Part shown: one piece after another, positions 25,369 through 38,800 of the stretch
How the letters are laid out: each line of letters opens with the position of its first letter
How positions within the stretch are numbered: the first letter of the stretch is position 1
Assembly: GCA_951804945.1 (NCBI GenBank)
Contig: OX638160.1
Location: 11,470,001-11,534,000 of the forward strand
Length of the DNA stretch: 64,000 nucleotides
DNA from: Podarcis cretensis
Lineage: Eukaryota
Direction of reading: 5' to 3'
The notes under the pieces: model-generated
Told to the model about the DNA's origin: nothing
Database searches by the model: none
The model's input: only the letters and a program-made list of their open reading frames with translations
Made by a program: the position numbers and the translations under genes

Positions 25369-28300
25369 TTATTTATACCCCACCCATCTGACTGGGTTCT
25401 CCTAGCCACTTTGGGCGGCTCCCAACCGAATATTAAAAACACAGTACAGCATTAAACATTAAAAACTTCCCTAAACAGGGCTGCCTTCAGATGTCTTTTA
25501 AAAGTAAGATAGCTGCTTATTGCCTTGACATCTGATGGGATGGAAGGCGCCACTACCGAGAAGGCCCTCTTCCTGGTTCCCTGTAACCTCACTTCTAGCA
25601 GTGAGGGAGCCACCAGAAGGCCCTTGGCGCTGGACCTCAGTGTCTGGGTTGAACGATGGGGGTGGAGATGCTCCTTCAGGTATAAGGACTGAGGCCATTG
25701 AGGGCTTTAAAGGTCAGCACCAACACTTTGAATTGTGCTTGGAAACATACTGGGAGCCAATGCAGATCTGTCAGGAACATTATATGGTCTCGGCGGCCAC
25801 TCCCAGTCACCAGTATGGCTGCCACATTCTGGACTAATTGCAGTGTCCGAGTCACCTTCAAAGGTAGCGCCACTTAGAGCGCATTGCAGTAGCCCAAGCA
25901 TTGATTTGTCTCCTACCCTTCAAAGCAGAAGAAAACAAGCTTCCTCCACCTTCCCCGTGACAGCCATTCTGATATTTGATGACTATCATATCTCCTTTTA
26001 GTCTCCTCCAAGCTAAACATACCCAACTCCAACTGTTCATCATAAGGCTTGGTCCCCAGACCCTTGATAATTTTGGTTGTCCTGCACACATTCCAGATTG
26101 TCAATATCCTTCTTAAATTGTGGCGTCCAGAACTGGGGGACTGACCAAGGCAGAATAGATTGGTGCTACTACCTCCCTTGATCTAGACACTATACTTCTG
26201 AATTGCTTTAGCTTTTTTGCTGCTGCATCACATTGCTGACTCAGGTTAAGGTATGGAATTACATCCTTTCATGCACTCTTCCCATGAGGTAAGCAGGCTT
26301 TACCAATACATTTTTGCTCGCAGACTTTGCTCTCAAATAAAATAAACTAACACCATCAGGACAGTGGCTCTCCAACCGTGGAGCACTGCAACTGTTTCCC
26401 AACCTTCTATTAATAATAAATGAACAACAAACACATTGTTTTAAAAGCTTATTGCGTAAAATAAAAAAAAAGATGTTTTCTTGATGATTTGGAAGGTTGC
26501 AATAGTTCTGCCTCTTCTGTCTCACCTCCAAGCCTTATTATTTTTACCTACCTTTCCAACAGACACTTTCTTCGTCTTTTATGCATTAGCCCTATGCCTT
26601 TACCAAGCGTCTTTCACTTTGCCATTTCTCAGTCTCCTTGCTTTCTTCTCCATGATCCTGGCTGCATTCTTTCATCAACACTCCCTAAGCAATCCCTAAA
26701 ACACTGACATTATATTGCAGGGGGCAACAAGTCAAATATGTCAGCACCATCATGCATCACAATAAATCTAGATGCGGATTGTAGGCAAATATTAAGTGCA
26801 CTTAAAAATGTAAATACGTGTATTTCTAGATTATTAACTACTGTGAATAAACAAGCATACTAAAACACCCCTAAACATTATGGTGCTGGATGTAACCACC
26901 TTGCTCAGTATAGTCAGTGACATAATATATCTTCAGTCTTTTAAGTTCTTTACCCCTTCAGTGCTCACCTGTTTTAACTGCATAAATGTTTCAGTGTTAG
27001 GATAAATAGCATGCTTTTCCTCTTCCTCTTTTTTTCTCTTCTTAGATCGAGGTGCTGCCTTCTCACCCGCCCTCTGAGCTCGTTTATTTCGTTGTTTTTT
27101 CATTTCATGTCCTAAATCTGCTCTCTGAAGCTGGCTGTTACCACATCCAAATGTACCCTGCAATGGATTCCCTAATGATTGCTTATGGGGGGTGGGAGGG
27201 AAATGATAAAGATATATCAGTTCAAATCACTTAGTTGAACATTTTGTTTTGTATTTGTAAAAAGCAACATATAATGCTACTATACATTTGGCATTACTTT
27301 ATTAGTTTATTATCTATAACAAGCAAGACACCCACCAAATGGTAAGAACACGACTATGAAAATGAGCATGGAGGCAAGTGAATCTTTCCTCCCCTGTTCC
27401 AAGGAGGTTTTGCCAATCCGTGTCTCTAAAATCCCAAGCTTTCACCATATCTTTAAAACTGTCTGCTAATTCACCTGCCCCTTTCCCTTATGCTTTGTCA
27501 CCTCAGCTACTCCCTTTAAACACTGCCTTCCTTCCTCATTTCCTGGGCCCCAAGCTGATATTGCTACACCTTTCATTACTTTGGCTCCTGCTTACTCTAA
27601 AGCGACTTTCCAAACCACCTGCTTTTTTCTGCCTCCATATATCTTTGCTATCTCCTCAGCACTCCTTAATCAGGCACCCAGCCTGCTTCCCTTCAGCTTT
27701 CAAGAAGGGGTCTGATATGAGGAAAGGGAGAGGACTGGTCTATTGGATGCCAATGTCGCACAATCACTTAAATCTGCATACTCATATAGCCTTGCTGTAG
27801 CTCTGCTTACAGTAGTTCCTAGCAGGAATACTGGTGGGGGTCTTTGTCCCAGGTGCAAGGTTAAAGGCTCCTGAAACATAGCTTATCAATTTCACATCTC
27901 CCTTTCCTTTTGGCAATACCCATCCTACCCTGGCTCTTAAAAGAGCAGTACTGAAGGAGAAAGTGGACAGAGACTCACAAATGTTGCAGATATTTTTCTT
28001 CCTATTTTATGTATAGGTTTGAATGCTTTTTTGTTACTGCCTAAATTTAAATGTTAAATATATGGAAAACATGCAGAAATCATAATTCATGAGGTACAGA
28101 CACCCCCCTCACTTTTAGAAAAAGCTAAACAACAATAAAAAGAAAGCACTACAATTACCAGTGGCATTAATGATTTTAGAAGGGTGAAGAGAAACAGAAG
28201 TTTAGAAGTATATAATTGCACCCATGCTAGAGAAATGCCACCCTTTCTATGTGATTCCTTCCTGCCCTAGTATTTTTGTTAACATGTTGTTTTGCTTAAC

Positions 28301-31300
28301 AATGTCCAGAGTCTCTTGACAGGCTGCAATAATGACAAAGCATACACACCTAATGAAATTAGAACTCCAGCATTCTACAGTAATATTTCACAGACACAAA
28401 TAAGCTCTCTGATCTTAGATTCCAATAATGTCAAACCAAGAATCACTGTCATTAAAAATTATAGCTTTTAAGTTTGAATACAAAAGCCATTTAAAAATTA
28501 TCAGTATAATTTATTTACACACAAAAACAGAGTGCTAATGGCAGCAAAACCTTCCAAGCACTGGTTTTATCCAGTTTTTAAGAATATTGTGCAATTATCA
28601 GTTCACAACAGCAGGTTTCCCTCTGGGAAGCACAAGAGAGTGACTCCCTAGAAGATATGTTAGCTATGAATTACTAAATTGGCTGACAAAATATATTATT
28701 CAGTGTTCAGCATGACTATAGTTATTCTTTCTAAGGTGCAGAATATCTTCATCAATGAATATCACTAGTTTATTACTGTGCTCAAACTAACTTATTTTGA
28801 GTAAGTGTGTGACTCAAGTGCTAAAAAAACCTTAAAATCAAAAATACAAGAACTTTTGCCATTCCTTATCTAATTTAAACAAATGGCTGCTTTATGATAG
28901 TATCTGTTCAGGGACCATAATCCAGCACGTCAAAGGAAAACTGAGGTTTATAATTTTCCATACAATCTTAAGCTTCTCCTCACATCTAAACTGGATATTC
29001 ACTAAAACAGTTGCTTGCGAGTAGCCCTGTATATTTGTCACGGGTAAAGGCTGGGATGCTGCAGCTATGTATTCAAAGGCTGTGGAGTTTGCCTTTGAAT
29101 CATGCTTCTCCATTTCCTGCTTTACTTGATGACCTCTAGAGGGGGTGAAAGCCCATATACAGAACATCGTGAAGGAGGAACATGTTCAACCAGTACTGCC
29201 TTTGTTTTTCTTTAAGGGCATATCCTTAGCGGCTGGGCTATTTTAAATTTACAATAAATTTACAATAAATACACAATGCTGCATCATTTCCAATACCCTC
29301 TAAGTTTGGATGTTAATAATAAAAATTGGTTACCATGCTGCCTTCCATCGGATCCCGTTTCCCCACGAATTTGCTCTCCTTAGCACTCTCTTCTGACTGT
29401 AAGCTGCTTTCTGCTTTCTGCTTGAAAAGAGAGGCGGATTTTTTGTTCTTAAGCAAGTGTTTGAGGAGTTCATTCCCTGATTCCCCTTTTGCTGCTGGAA
29501 TGCTGTCAGGTTGTGCCTGATTCTGCAAAGAAGGGGAAGGCTGCACAGTAGCTTTCTCCTCTTCCACTTTAATGCCATTTTCATTCTCCATCTTGGGCTC
29601 AGCCTCACTAGGGCATTGATCAGCGCTTGTCTTTTCCTGATTAATTTCCTGAATGCTCATAGAAGCCTCTGTCTTGTCCTTGTCTGTCTCCTGGTTCATG
29701 CCTGGCTGCTCAGGCAATATGTTTTGTGGCAAATCAGTACTGGAGAGCTGACTTTTCAATTCTAAGGAAGACTGACTCTCTGCAGCATCTGGAGGTGATG
29801 AGCCTGGCAGCTCCTCTGCCTCCGATTCTCCTGGATGCCGTGGAAGTTCACCAGGCGTGCCAACTGTTGGGGTGGAGACAGCATCTGAAACAACTGGAGT
29901 TGGGGGTGCAGTTATATCTGAATGTGGGGTTGATGGGGTATTTACTGACTCAGCATCGTCCTCTTTCTTCTTCTTTCTGGTTCTTTTCTTTTTGCCCTTC
30001 TCCTCTGGAATGATATCGGAATACAACTGGATGAGAGACTGACTTGTTCCAGGAAAGTTTGTTCCATGGGGCATGGCGTCCTGACCACAGGGGGGACCAC
30101 TGCCAGTTCCAGGAGAAACTCCAGGCAGACCAGTGGCAAACTGAGGCCGAACCTGGTACTGTGAAAAGCTTCCACGTGGCTGCTTCACAGAATGGAAAGG
30201 GGGACTTCCGTCTGGAAGTGGGGCAGGATCGGGTACAAAGGAGGAAGATCCCACTGGCTGCCGCTCACTACACTGCGGAAAGCTGGAAGCAGGTGGGGAG
30301 TTTAGAGGTCCTTGCTGCATAATGGGTCCCAACTGCTGCTGTTGATGCTGTGGAGATTGCTGAAGAGGCCGTGAAGGCCGCATGAAATCACAAGGTAGGT
30401 CTGAATTGAAGAACGGTATTTGAGGCAAAGAAGTTCTGGCATTTAATTCCGAGCCCATTGTACTGTGCTGTTCCATTTCCATTTTCTGCTGCAGAGCTCT
30501 CTGCCGATCCACCTCCTGCATAAGCTGAATTCGTTGCCTTTCCTGCTGCTCTCGCAAACGCTCCTTTCGCTCACGCTCTTGAAAGCTTTCACTAAATGGG
30601 TTGTTGTCATCGAACTCTACACGTGGTGGTGGCCCTGACTGCACATTTGAGCTAGGAGCTGACACAGAAGTGGGAGTAACAGGATTCACCGGCAACTGTG
30701 CCATTGGTGGCTGCATTCTTGGTACACTGTGTGGGATGTGTGCTGAAGCAGCACTGGGCGGTTGCCATCCAGGCAAACTTGGCATTCTGGGTGGATTGGG
30801 TTGTCCAGGAACAACTATGGCATGCTGTTGATGCTGAAGCTGTTGAGATACCATTGGGAAACTCTGCTGACCCACTGCTGGTGGAGATCCTCCTGGGACC
30901 ATTGCAGGCTGAGCAGGCATACCTGGCATCATTGCATGGGGTCCCATTCCACATTGTTGCTGTTTAATCCGATATTCTTCAATGAGTTCTGCATGCTCTT
31001 TCTGTTGCTTTCGTATCTACAATGTAAGCATGTTATTAAGTGATGTCCCATAAAAGTACATTTTCTGTTTCTTAAGCTGGAGACTTCTGCGAAAAAACAA
31101 ACCTTAATACATATAAGCAATGGAAAAATATTTAAGAAAATACTGGGCACAACATTTTACAAACTTTCTTTAATATATTTTTTTTAATTAGTTAACTGAT
31201 ATTCATTTCTGTGATATATAAATTCACTCTTTTTCCTTATATTGTCTACATTTGAGCTGCAAAGAAAAGAACGACTGGTGCACCTGAAGGGTAGATTTCT

Positions 31301-34300
31301 TTCAGCTTAGCAGGGCTGGTATGTTGGGTTATGGCTCTACCTAACATACCATCCCTGCTAGCTGAAGGAAAACAGAACAACTGACCCGCCTGAAGTGTAG
31401 ATTTCCTGTGGCTTAGCAGGGATGGTATGTTAGGTGGAGCCGTCACCCAACAAACAAGCCCTGCTAGCCAAGAGGAAATATAGATTAATATGCCTACTCT
31501 CAACTGAGGCTAACACTTCATGCCTGTGATAAAGTGAACTCTAGTCCATGAAACCTTATGCCACAATAAATTTGATTGACTCTGTTAATTTGGTATGTAT
31601 TATACTATATTACATTAATGTAGCTCCACTCCCCCTGCCCCCAGCTCATGGGCAACTAGAAAATCTGGGTCCCAAAATGAGTAGGAGTCTCCACAAGTAA
31701 AGGAGGCTTCACTGCTAAAGATAGTTACCCTTGAACATGTGGAGGGCAATGGAGATGGGGACAGAGTTCTTGTGTTTATTCATGCTCTCCCTACTATGTG
31801 TGGTTATTTAAGCCCCATTATGAACACCTAAAGTGGGTTCAAGAAAACCCCTGAACTGCAGACCTGACTCTTCAGAAAGAGTGCAACTCCATTCATAGCC
31901 AGTTAAAAACCAGCATCCGGATCAATGTACCATCTTAGCTGGATTATGTTTCAGCTTGTTTGCCATTCCAGAACTGCCTGCAGACACCTGTTCAGGATTT
32001 CTACCACCTCCCTGGTAGTAAATGGGAAAGCAAGGTAAAGCTGTGTGCTATGCTTTTCTCTATACCCATGTATTCATATTTACCTATTTACACTCATCCC
32101 AAACCTCTGGATAACCTCTCTCACTGACTCCATGTGAATGTTAAAAGCACAGGGAAACAGAAGTCTTTCAGCAGCATCTGCTAGATCCGCCTCTCCAGAA
32201 AAGGCCCAATCCACCATATCTTCAAGTTCATTCCAGAGAGGCTATCCAGAAGAGTACTATAGATGATGGTATCAAATGTTGCTGAGAGGTCCAGGAGAAA
32301 CAACATGGTTGCATTTGTTCTGTCTGCTCTGTGGCACAGGCGAGGCACCTGGGCAGCCAAGACCATTTTTGTCCCAAAATCAAGTCAAAGGTTAGACTAG
32401 ACCAGGTTTAAATTTTGGGAATACCACAACCTGCTCTAACCTGTTCAAAAATGATAGCTTTGACAGGGGACAATAATTCAGGAGTATGTGAAAATCTAAA
32501 AATACTTATGTGGCTCTGAATCTTATATTTTTGTTTCTTTATAAAAAATTGCTACCACCTTTTCTGCCAGTTTTAAAATTGTTGCTATTGGAACACTTGC
32601 AATTTAGTTATTGATAAACTCTCACCTGTTCAAGTTGTTTTTGAACCATACTCTGCTGCTCAGTAACATGCTTGAGCTGCTCCGCATCTTCCTCTGGGAA
32701 TTCTCGACCAGCTTTCTTTGCAGTGCGCTGTTTTGCAGATAGTGCCTTTTTTGATTTTCTGTGTGCTCCAATTTGTTCTTCAAGGAATTTCTGCTGCATC
32801 TGAAGAAGCTGCTGTGTTTCTTGTAGCCATTCTTCATATTGCTTTCTGTGTGAATCATCTAAGGATAAAACACAACAAATCAATTTTCTTACCATGGGTT
32901 TTGCAAACTTTCACAAATCTCATTTTCAAACTGATTTCAAAAAGAAGGGATTTTCTTTCATATCAGCCCCCCACACCAAGTATTAACACCTTTCTCTTTT
33001 TGTAATAGAGAAAAAATAAATTATTTTGAATAAAATAAGAAAAGAGGATGTAAAGCATCAACAAAATCTGGAGCATGCAAGTATGCATTAACATCCTTCA
33101 AGGCAGAATTTAAGGCCAATCTTTTCTTACCCTAACCAAGAAATCAAGTGCTACCCCTTTGAAACTGACAATGGGGCTACAAAATCTTTTCCCCCCTTTT
33201 AAAAAATAAGTTTATATAAAATACATATGAAAATGAATGTCAGGTTAGTCATTATTACCCTAATATTATCATCTAATCAATGCTAGTTATTCTGAGATGT
33301 TTCTGCAACTGGTTTTTCCACTTTTTATAAGTTCGATAGTTGTCACATTTCAAAAGCTTACTATGCACTGGCTCAGAATATTTCAGTTAATTGTGTCATA
33401 ATTCAATTATTATCTTTGAAAAGGCTTGTAAATAAGCTGTGTGTATTCTGAAATATAATATGTGCCCATGGAGTTGGCTTCAAAGTCTAATATCAGTTTA
33501 TGAGAGTTCTATACTTACTTACAAAACCAGGACCAAAATTTGGAGGGTTGGGCCTAGACATCTGCGGTGTCAGGTTTCCATCCTTGAAAGTGGGGGGGAA
33601 ACAGAGTGTGTTAAACAAAATTCTGTTTTACAGTTGCTCTGAAGCTGTGAGGAATGGGAATCTGCTACATTCAACACGTGGCCAAGAGGCTGCTGCTACT
33701 GGGTTTGGGTTATAGGTTGTGGCATACTTATGGACCCAGTCCAGAAAACATCCTGCTTCCCTTGTGGGATGATGAGCTCCTTGACAAAGAGACGATCATT
33801 GCAATAAGGTGTAACAGTGCAACTCACCTGCTCATCTCAGGTAAGGACAACAATTCAAATGTCTAGGATTTCAATCCAGAGACTTACTCAACTCATGAAA
33901 ACATTAGTGGCTGTGGATGCAGGTTTGTCTGAATACTCTATCTATTATAGCACATCAGCTTTTAGACCACAATTCCACTTACGAAAATCTGCTTTACTTC
34001 AAATTTCAGGACACGTTACCTGTGTGATTGCTTGCTGGACAAGATTCTGGCTTTCACCACTTGGTACTCCTGGCACTGCTTGACCCATAAAGGCAAATCT
34101 AGTAATGGGTAAATAAAATCACATTTTGTATTTTTTTTTACAGCTAAAATTAATGAAGTGTTAATAATATGAGATTTTGATATAAACTAATCTCAGAAGG
34201 GAAACAGTGTGCTCCTGGGCATGCACAGTCTGCTGCTTCACCTTCCCAGCCCCTGCCCTTTTCTGCATACCACAGAGTTATTGCTATGTGCAGAGGAAAA

Positions 34301-35833
34301 CAGCTGTTGGTGTGTATGACATGAATCACAAAATAGGAAATTAATGATTAATGGTAAAATTAACGCTAAAATTTACTTTGCTAATCTCCCAAGGAGGGAC
34401 GCAGGTGGCGCTGTGGGTTAAAGCCTCAGCGTCTAGGACTTGCCGATCGAAAGGTCGGCGGTTCGAATCCCTGCGGCGGGGTGCGCTCCCGCTGCTCGGT
34501 CCCAGCGCCTGCCAACCTAGCAGTTCGAAAGCACCTCCGGGTGCAAGTAGATAAATAGGGACCGCTTACCAGCGGGAAGGTAAACGGCGTTTCCGTGTGC
34601 GGCTCTGGCTCTGGCCAGAGCAGCGATGTCACGCTGGCCACGTGACCCGGAAGTGTCTCCGGACAGCGCTGGCCCCTGGCCTCTTAAGTGAGATGGGCGC
34701 ACAACCCCAGAGTCTGTCAAGACTGGCCCGTACGGGCAGGGGTACCTTTACCTTTACCTTTAATCTCCCAAGGAAGGTAACAGCTATCAGAATAACCTGA
34801 AATTTCAGTGAGCAGAAACTCATGCTGATATCTAAGAGAAGCTAAAATAGTCACAATCTTTGCCTACCTGTTCATGACCATTTGTGGCATGCCCATATTG
34901 TTCTGTGCCATTACTTTATTGATCCCTTTCAGAGCCACCATTTTCGCTTTCATTATAGGGTCAGTGATTGCATCAAAATCTATGAAACCAAAATTTAAGA
35001 AGAATAAGTATTTCTTATATAAAATAGCCAGTGTGGATAAGCATATCATTTGTTCACCATTGCTAACCTGTTGAGGCTCATTTTTAAGTTTCATAATTAT
35101 GACAGAAAAACTTGGTCCAGTGGTGTTTTAATTATTTTTAAAGGCAATTTACTGTGGTTACTATAGATCTTTTAGAAATTCACACTTAATAATTGGTTCA
35201 AACTATATTAAGACAGGGTGACTCTAATAGATTGATGCTAGAATGCTGATGGGCATCATAGAGAATGTTTTAGACCGAAGCAGTTCTCTTAGGTGCCATT
35301 TTCCCTCTTTATACCAGCTCTGAGCTAGTGCCAGCAGCATAATACCTTGTTTGCAAGAGAAGTAACCATATTGCTGGAGGGAGAGAGGGAGGGATGCCTG
35401 GTAATGGACTGTGTAGATTGCTTTCACCCACCCTTGTATTTGTTTTGAGGTTTTTACTCTACCTGTCACCTTCATGACAGAGTCTTTCATCAAAGATTTC
35501 CTTTTACTGGCTTGCTTCAACTGAGTAAGCTCACAATTTATACAAATTTCAATAAATTGAAGTGAGAGCTGGAGCAGTGATCTCTCCCTAACTGACTTGC
35601 TAACATGACATTCTTGGCCTTATGAGAATAGCAAAGGTAAGTTTTTGCCATTCTCACACCTGCAGAGCATGTTATACCATGCTCTGAATCCAAAACAAAG
35701 AATATACAATGACAATAAGAATATTAACATATCAACTGGAGTTTAGAAACAGAATATACCACTGGGGAATGTGGTTGTAAGGAGTGGCAGAGTAACTGAT
35801 CTGCACCTACTTGCCCAATCCACTTGAACAGAA

Positions 35834-35864
<31 letters not shown>

Positions 35865-38800
35865 AATGCATATGCAAATAAAGAACATAAACAGAGTTGG
35901 GCAGAATGAAGAAACATATTTGCTCTTCCCCTTGTGGAAGACACTTTATATGCTGCACCTTGTCCCAAATTATTCCCTTCGCCTTTACTTCTCACTCAAA
36001 TTCCCACTAATATTCCTCCTTCCTAAACTAGGAGGGCCAGTAAAAATGGACTGGCAGCCCCCCACCTCCAAAATTCAATTGAAGTTGACAGCATTGTTTC
36101 AAGCTAGGCACCAGATGAATATTTCAGCTTCTACAATCCACACTTTCAGCTGCTCAGCAAGCTATGTCTATTGGATTCCGAATACACACTTTCCCTGCAG
36201 CAACAGAAAACCTCTCGGACCTATTCCAATTTCTATTTTCTTTTTTTCTACATACAGATTAAACAAATTAGAAAACACAATAGAGATAATAAATTTTATC
36301 AAATGGTGGACATTCTGAGTATTCATACCGTACTTTACCATGTGTAAGACTAGGTTTTTTATGTTAAAATAAAATTTAAAAATTGGGGTCATGTTATACA
36401 TGGATAGTGCTGAGTGTATTTTCTTAATTTTGAGTCGCCCAAAATAGGGTGCGTCTTATACACGGGGGGTGTTATACACAGAAAAATACGGTATATGGTT
36501 GTTGGTTTCTATCGCACTTAGCATTATCAAAGAAAAAACAAAGACATACCAATGTTGGGGAAAAATGGCTCTGAACGCTGGCGAATCATGGCTTGCATCT
36601 GTCGCTGCTGCTGCTGCTCTTGCCTTTCTTGATCCAAAAGATCTTGCAGCAGAAGAGGCTGTTCTTCTAGCAGAAGAGGCCTCTCTCGATTTTGCTGCTG
36701 GGCTAATGTTTGTGGAATCATCATCGGCTGTGGCCCAGGCATACCACTGGGGCCGGGTCGATTTACAGCAGGCACAGTTTGATTACCAGGCTGCACTGCC
36801 CCAAAGCTATTAGCTGTCTGGCCAGGAATAAAGGCTGGATTTACCGCTGTCCCTTGTGAGAAGTTATGGCTTACTTGTGGAACATTTTCCATGGTTTGAC
36901 CAGCAGATGTCATTAAAGTTTGTGGCATACTTGAAACAGGGTTGATTTGTGCTGCTGGCTGTGGATTAGGCGGAGAGCCCAGAGGCCCGACATCAGGGTT
37001 TTCTGAATTCTCATTAGCTAACAAACTTGTAAGAACAGGAGTGGATCCAGAGATATTGCAAGAACCTTGAGCTGATGTTGGAGCAGGGCCCGGAACAGTA
37101 TCTGGGCTGGGCACAGTGATTTCCTCATTCATATTTGTTTTGCCAGGTAATTCCACATTACGGGGCATCACAGATGTTGCCTCTCCATCATGTAACTCTG
37201 TTTCAGTCATAAACTGAGCGCCAGAGGATGCCACACTTACATCTCTTTTTTCACTTTCAGATTTAGTTTCTTCTAACGTGTTTGGAGACATAACTTCTGT
37301 TTTAATTTCACTGACTTCAGCAGTTTTTTTCTGAGGAGACGATGCTGCAGGAGTGGCAGCTTTCTCATCCTGATGCTTTTGCTGAGTATCTTCTGCTTTG
37401 CCTTGTATTTCATCTATGGGGACATTAAGATCTAGCTCCTCACTAAACATACCTTTTTTGTCACCCAAATCGTGGTCTGGATCAGTGTAGGCAATTATGT
37501 CAAATTCACCTGATCTTAGGAGGTAATCAAGGTGGCGATCATTTGTTTCAAGATTATCTAATGTGTCCAGTTCATCTCCTTTGCCATCTTCTGGGTCTAG
37601 ATTTAGATTTTCAAGGTCCTCGTCAACTAAATCTTTAACCTCAACACCCTCAAGGTCCTTGACATCTAAATCTTTTACAGAGGAGTCATCAGGATCAAGC
37701 TTTTCTTCTAATCCATCAGTGGGTTGGTTGGGAATCTGTAAGTCACTTGCTGCCTCAGTAGGTGTTGTTGTTGGCAAAGAACCTCCTGAAAAAGCATCAT
37801 TAACTGGTGGATGACCTAAAGAACACATGACTAATACAGGTGGGTGGTTGGGATTCACTATAGCTTGCTGACCTGGCGGTAAATGCTCCAAACCCGTTGC
37901 CACATGCAATGGATTGTTTAGGCTTTGAGAATTACGTCTTGTGGGCTCTAGGTGTCTTGGGCCTTGACAGTCCTGTCTAGGTACAAATCCTGTATGTTGT
38001 TGATGCTGGGGGACTGTATTTGTAACAGCTGATGAGGAATTAAAAGGAAGTCTTGGCCTGCCTTCGGGTGCTCTGTGACAGAGCTCAATAAATGCCTGCC
38101 CCATGATGTTGTGCTGTTGAACCTGAATACCTTGTGGTGGGAAATGCTGTGAGAGTCCAATAGGGTTGCCCATTTGTGGCTTGTTAGGGAGTCTAGGCAT
38201 GTCAATTGATCTTCTGAGTTGTGGTGGAACTCCAGCACGTTGCATTTGCTGGGGAGGCCCAAGGAAACGTTCTTGACATGGTGGAGGACCATGACCACCT
38301 CCAGAAAAACCAAATCTGGGGGGGGGGGAAATATTTGGTTGACTTGGATTGCACATTGTAGAAAGTTTACACAACAAATCAATTTTGTGGGATATTATAT
38401 CTTTTGAATAAATTGAAGTGACACCTTTGCCAGCCTATTTACATTATGACTGGCTGTTACTGAAACAAATTATTGGACTAGATGTTCATTACATCTAAAG
38501 TAGCAATACATTGCTTATCTTCATATTTTGATGAAATCCAGAGTAGGTGTCAAAACAGACTGGACTGGTTTAAATTAAGGCAATTTACATAACTACTGAA
38601 ATAATCAAGAAAAACAAGTGAAAAAAATCAAGTTTCAGGCTAATCCATGTATTATCTGGGCTAAACAAGCATTTACTGCGATAAGGAAATACAAGTTTGC
38701 AATACATTATTTATAGTCTGCCCTTAAACCTACAGTCTCAATAGAGCCTCATTACTGCCCGGAACATACCTTTGTTCTGTCATATATTTTGCACTAAAGA

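Noticed and set aside
33820-33945. Strong-looking minus-strand donors CAG|GTGAGT and TGA|GTAAGT in intron 40
   Set aside because: No convincing polypyrimidine acceptor upstream; treated as decoy sites
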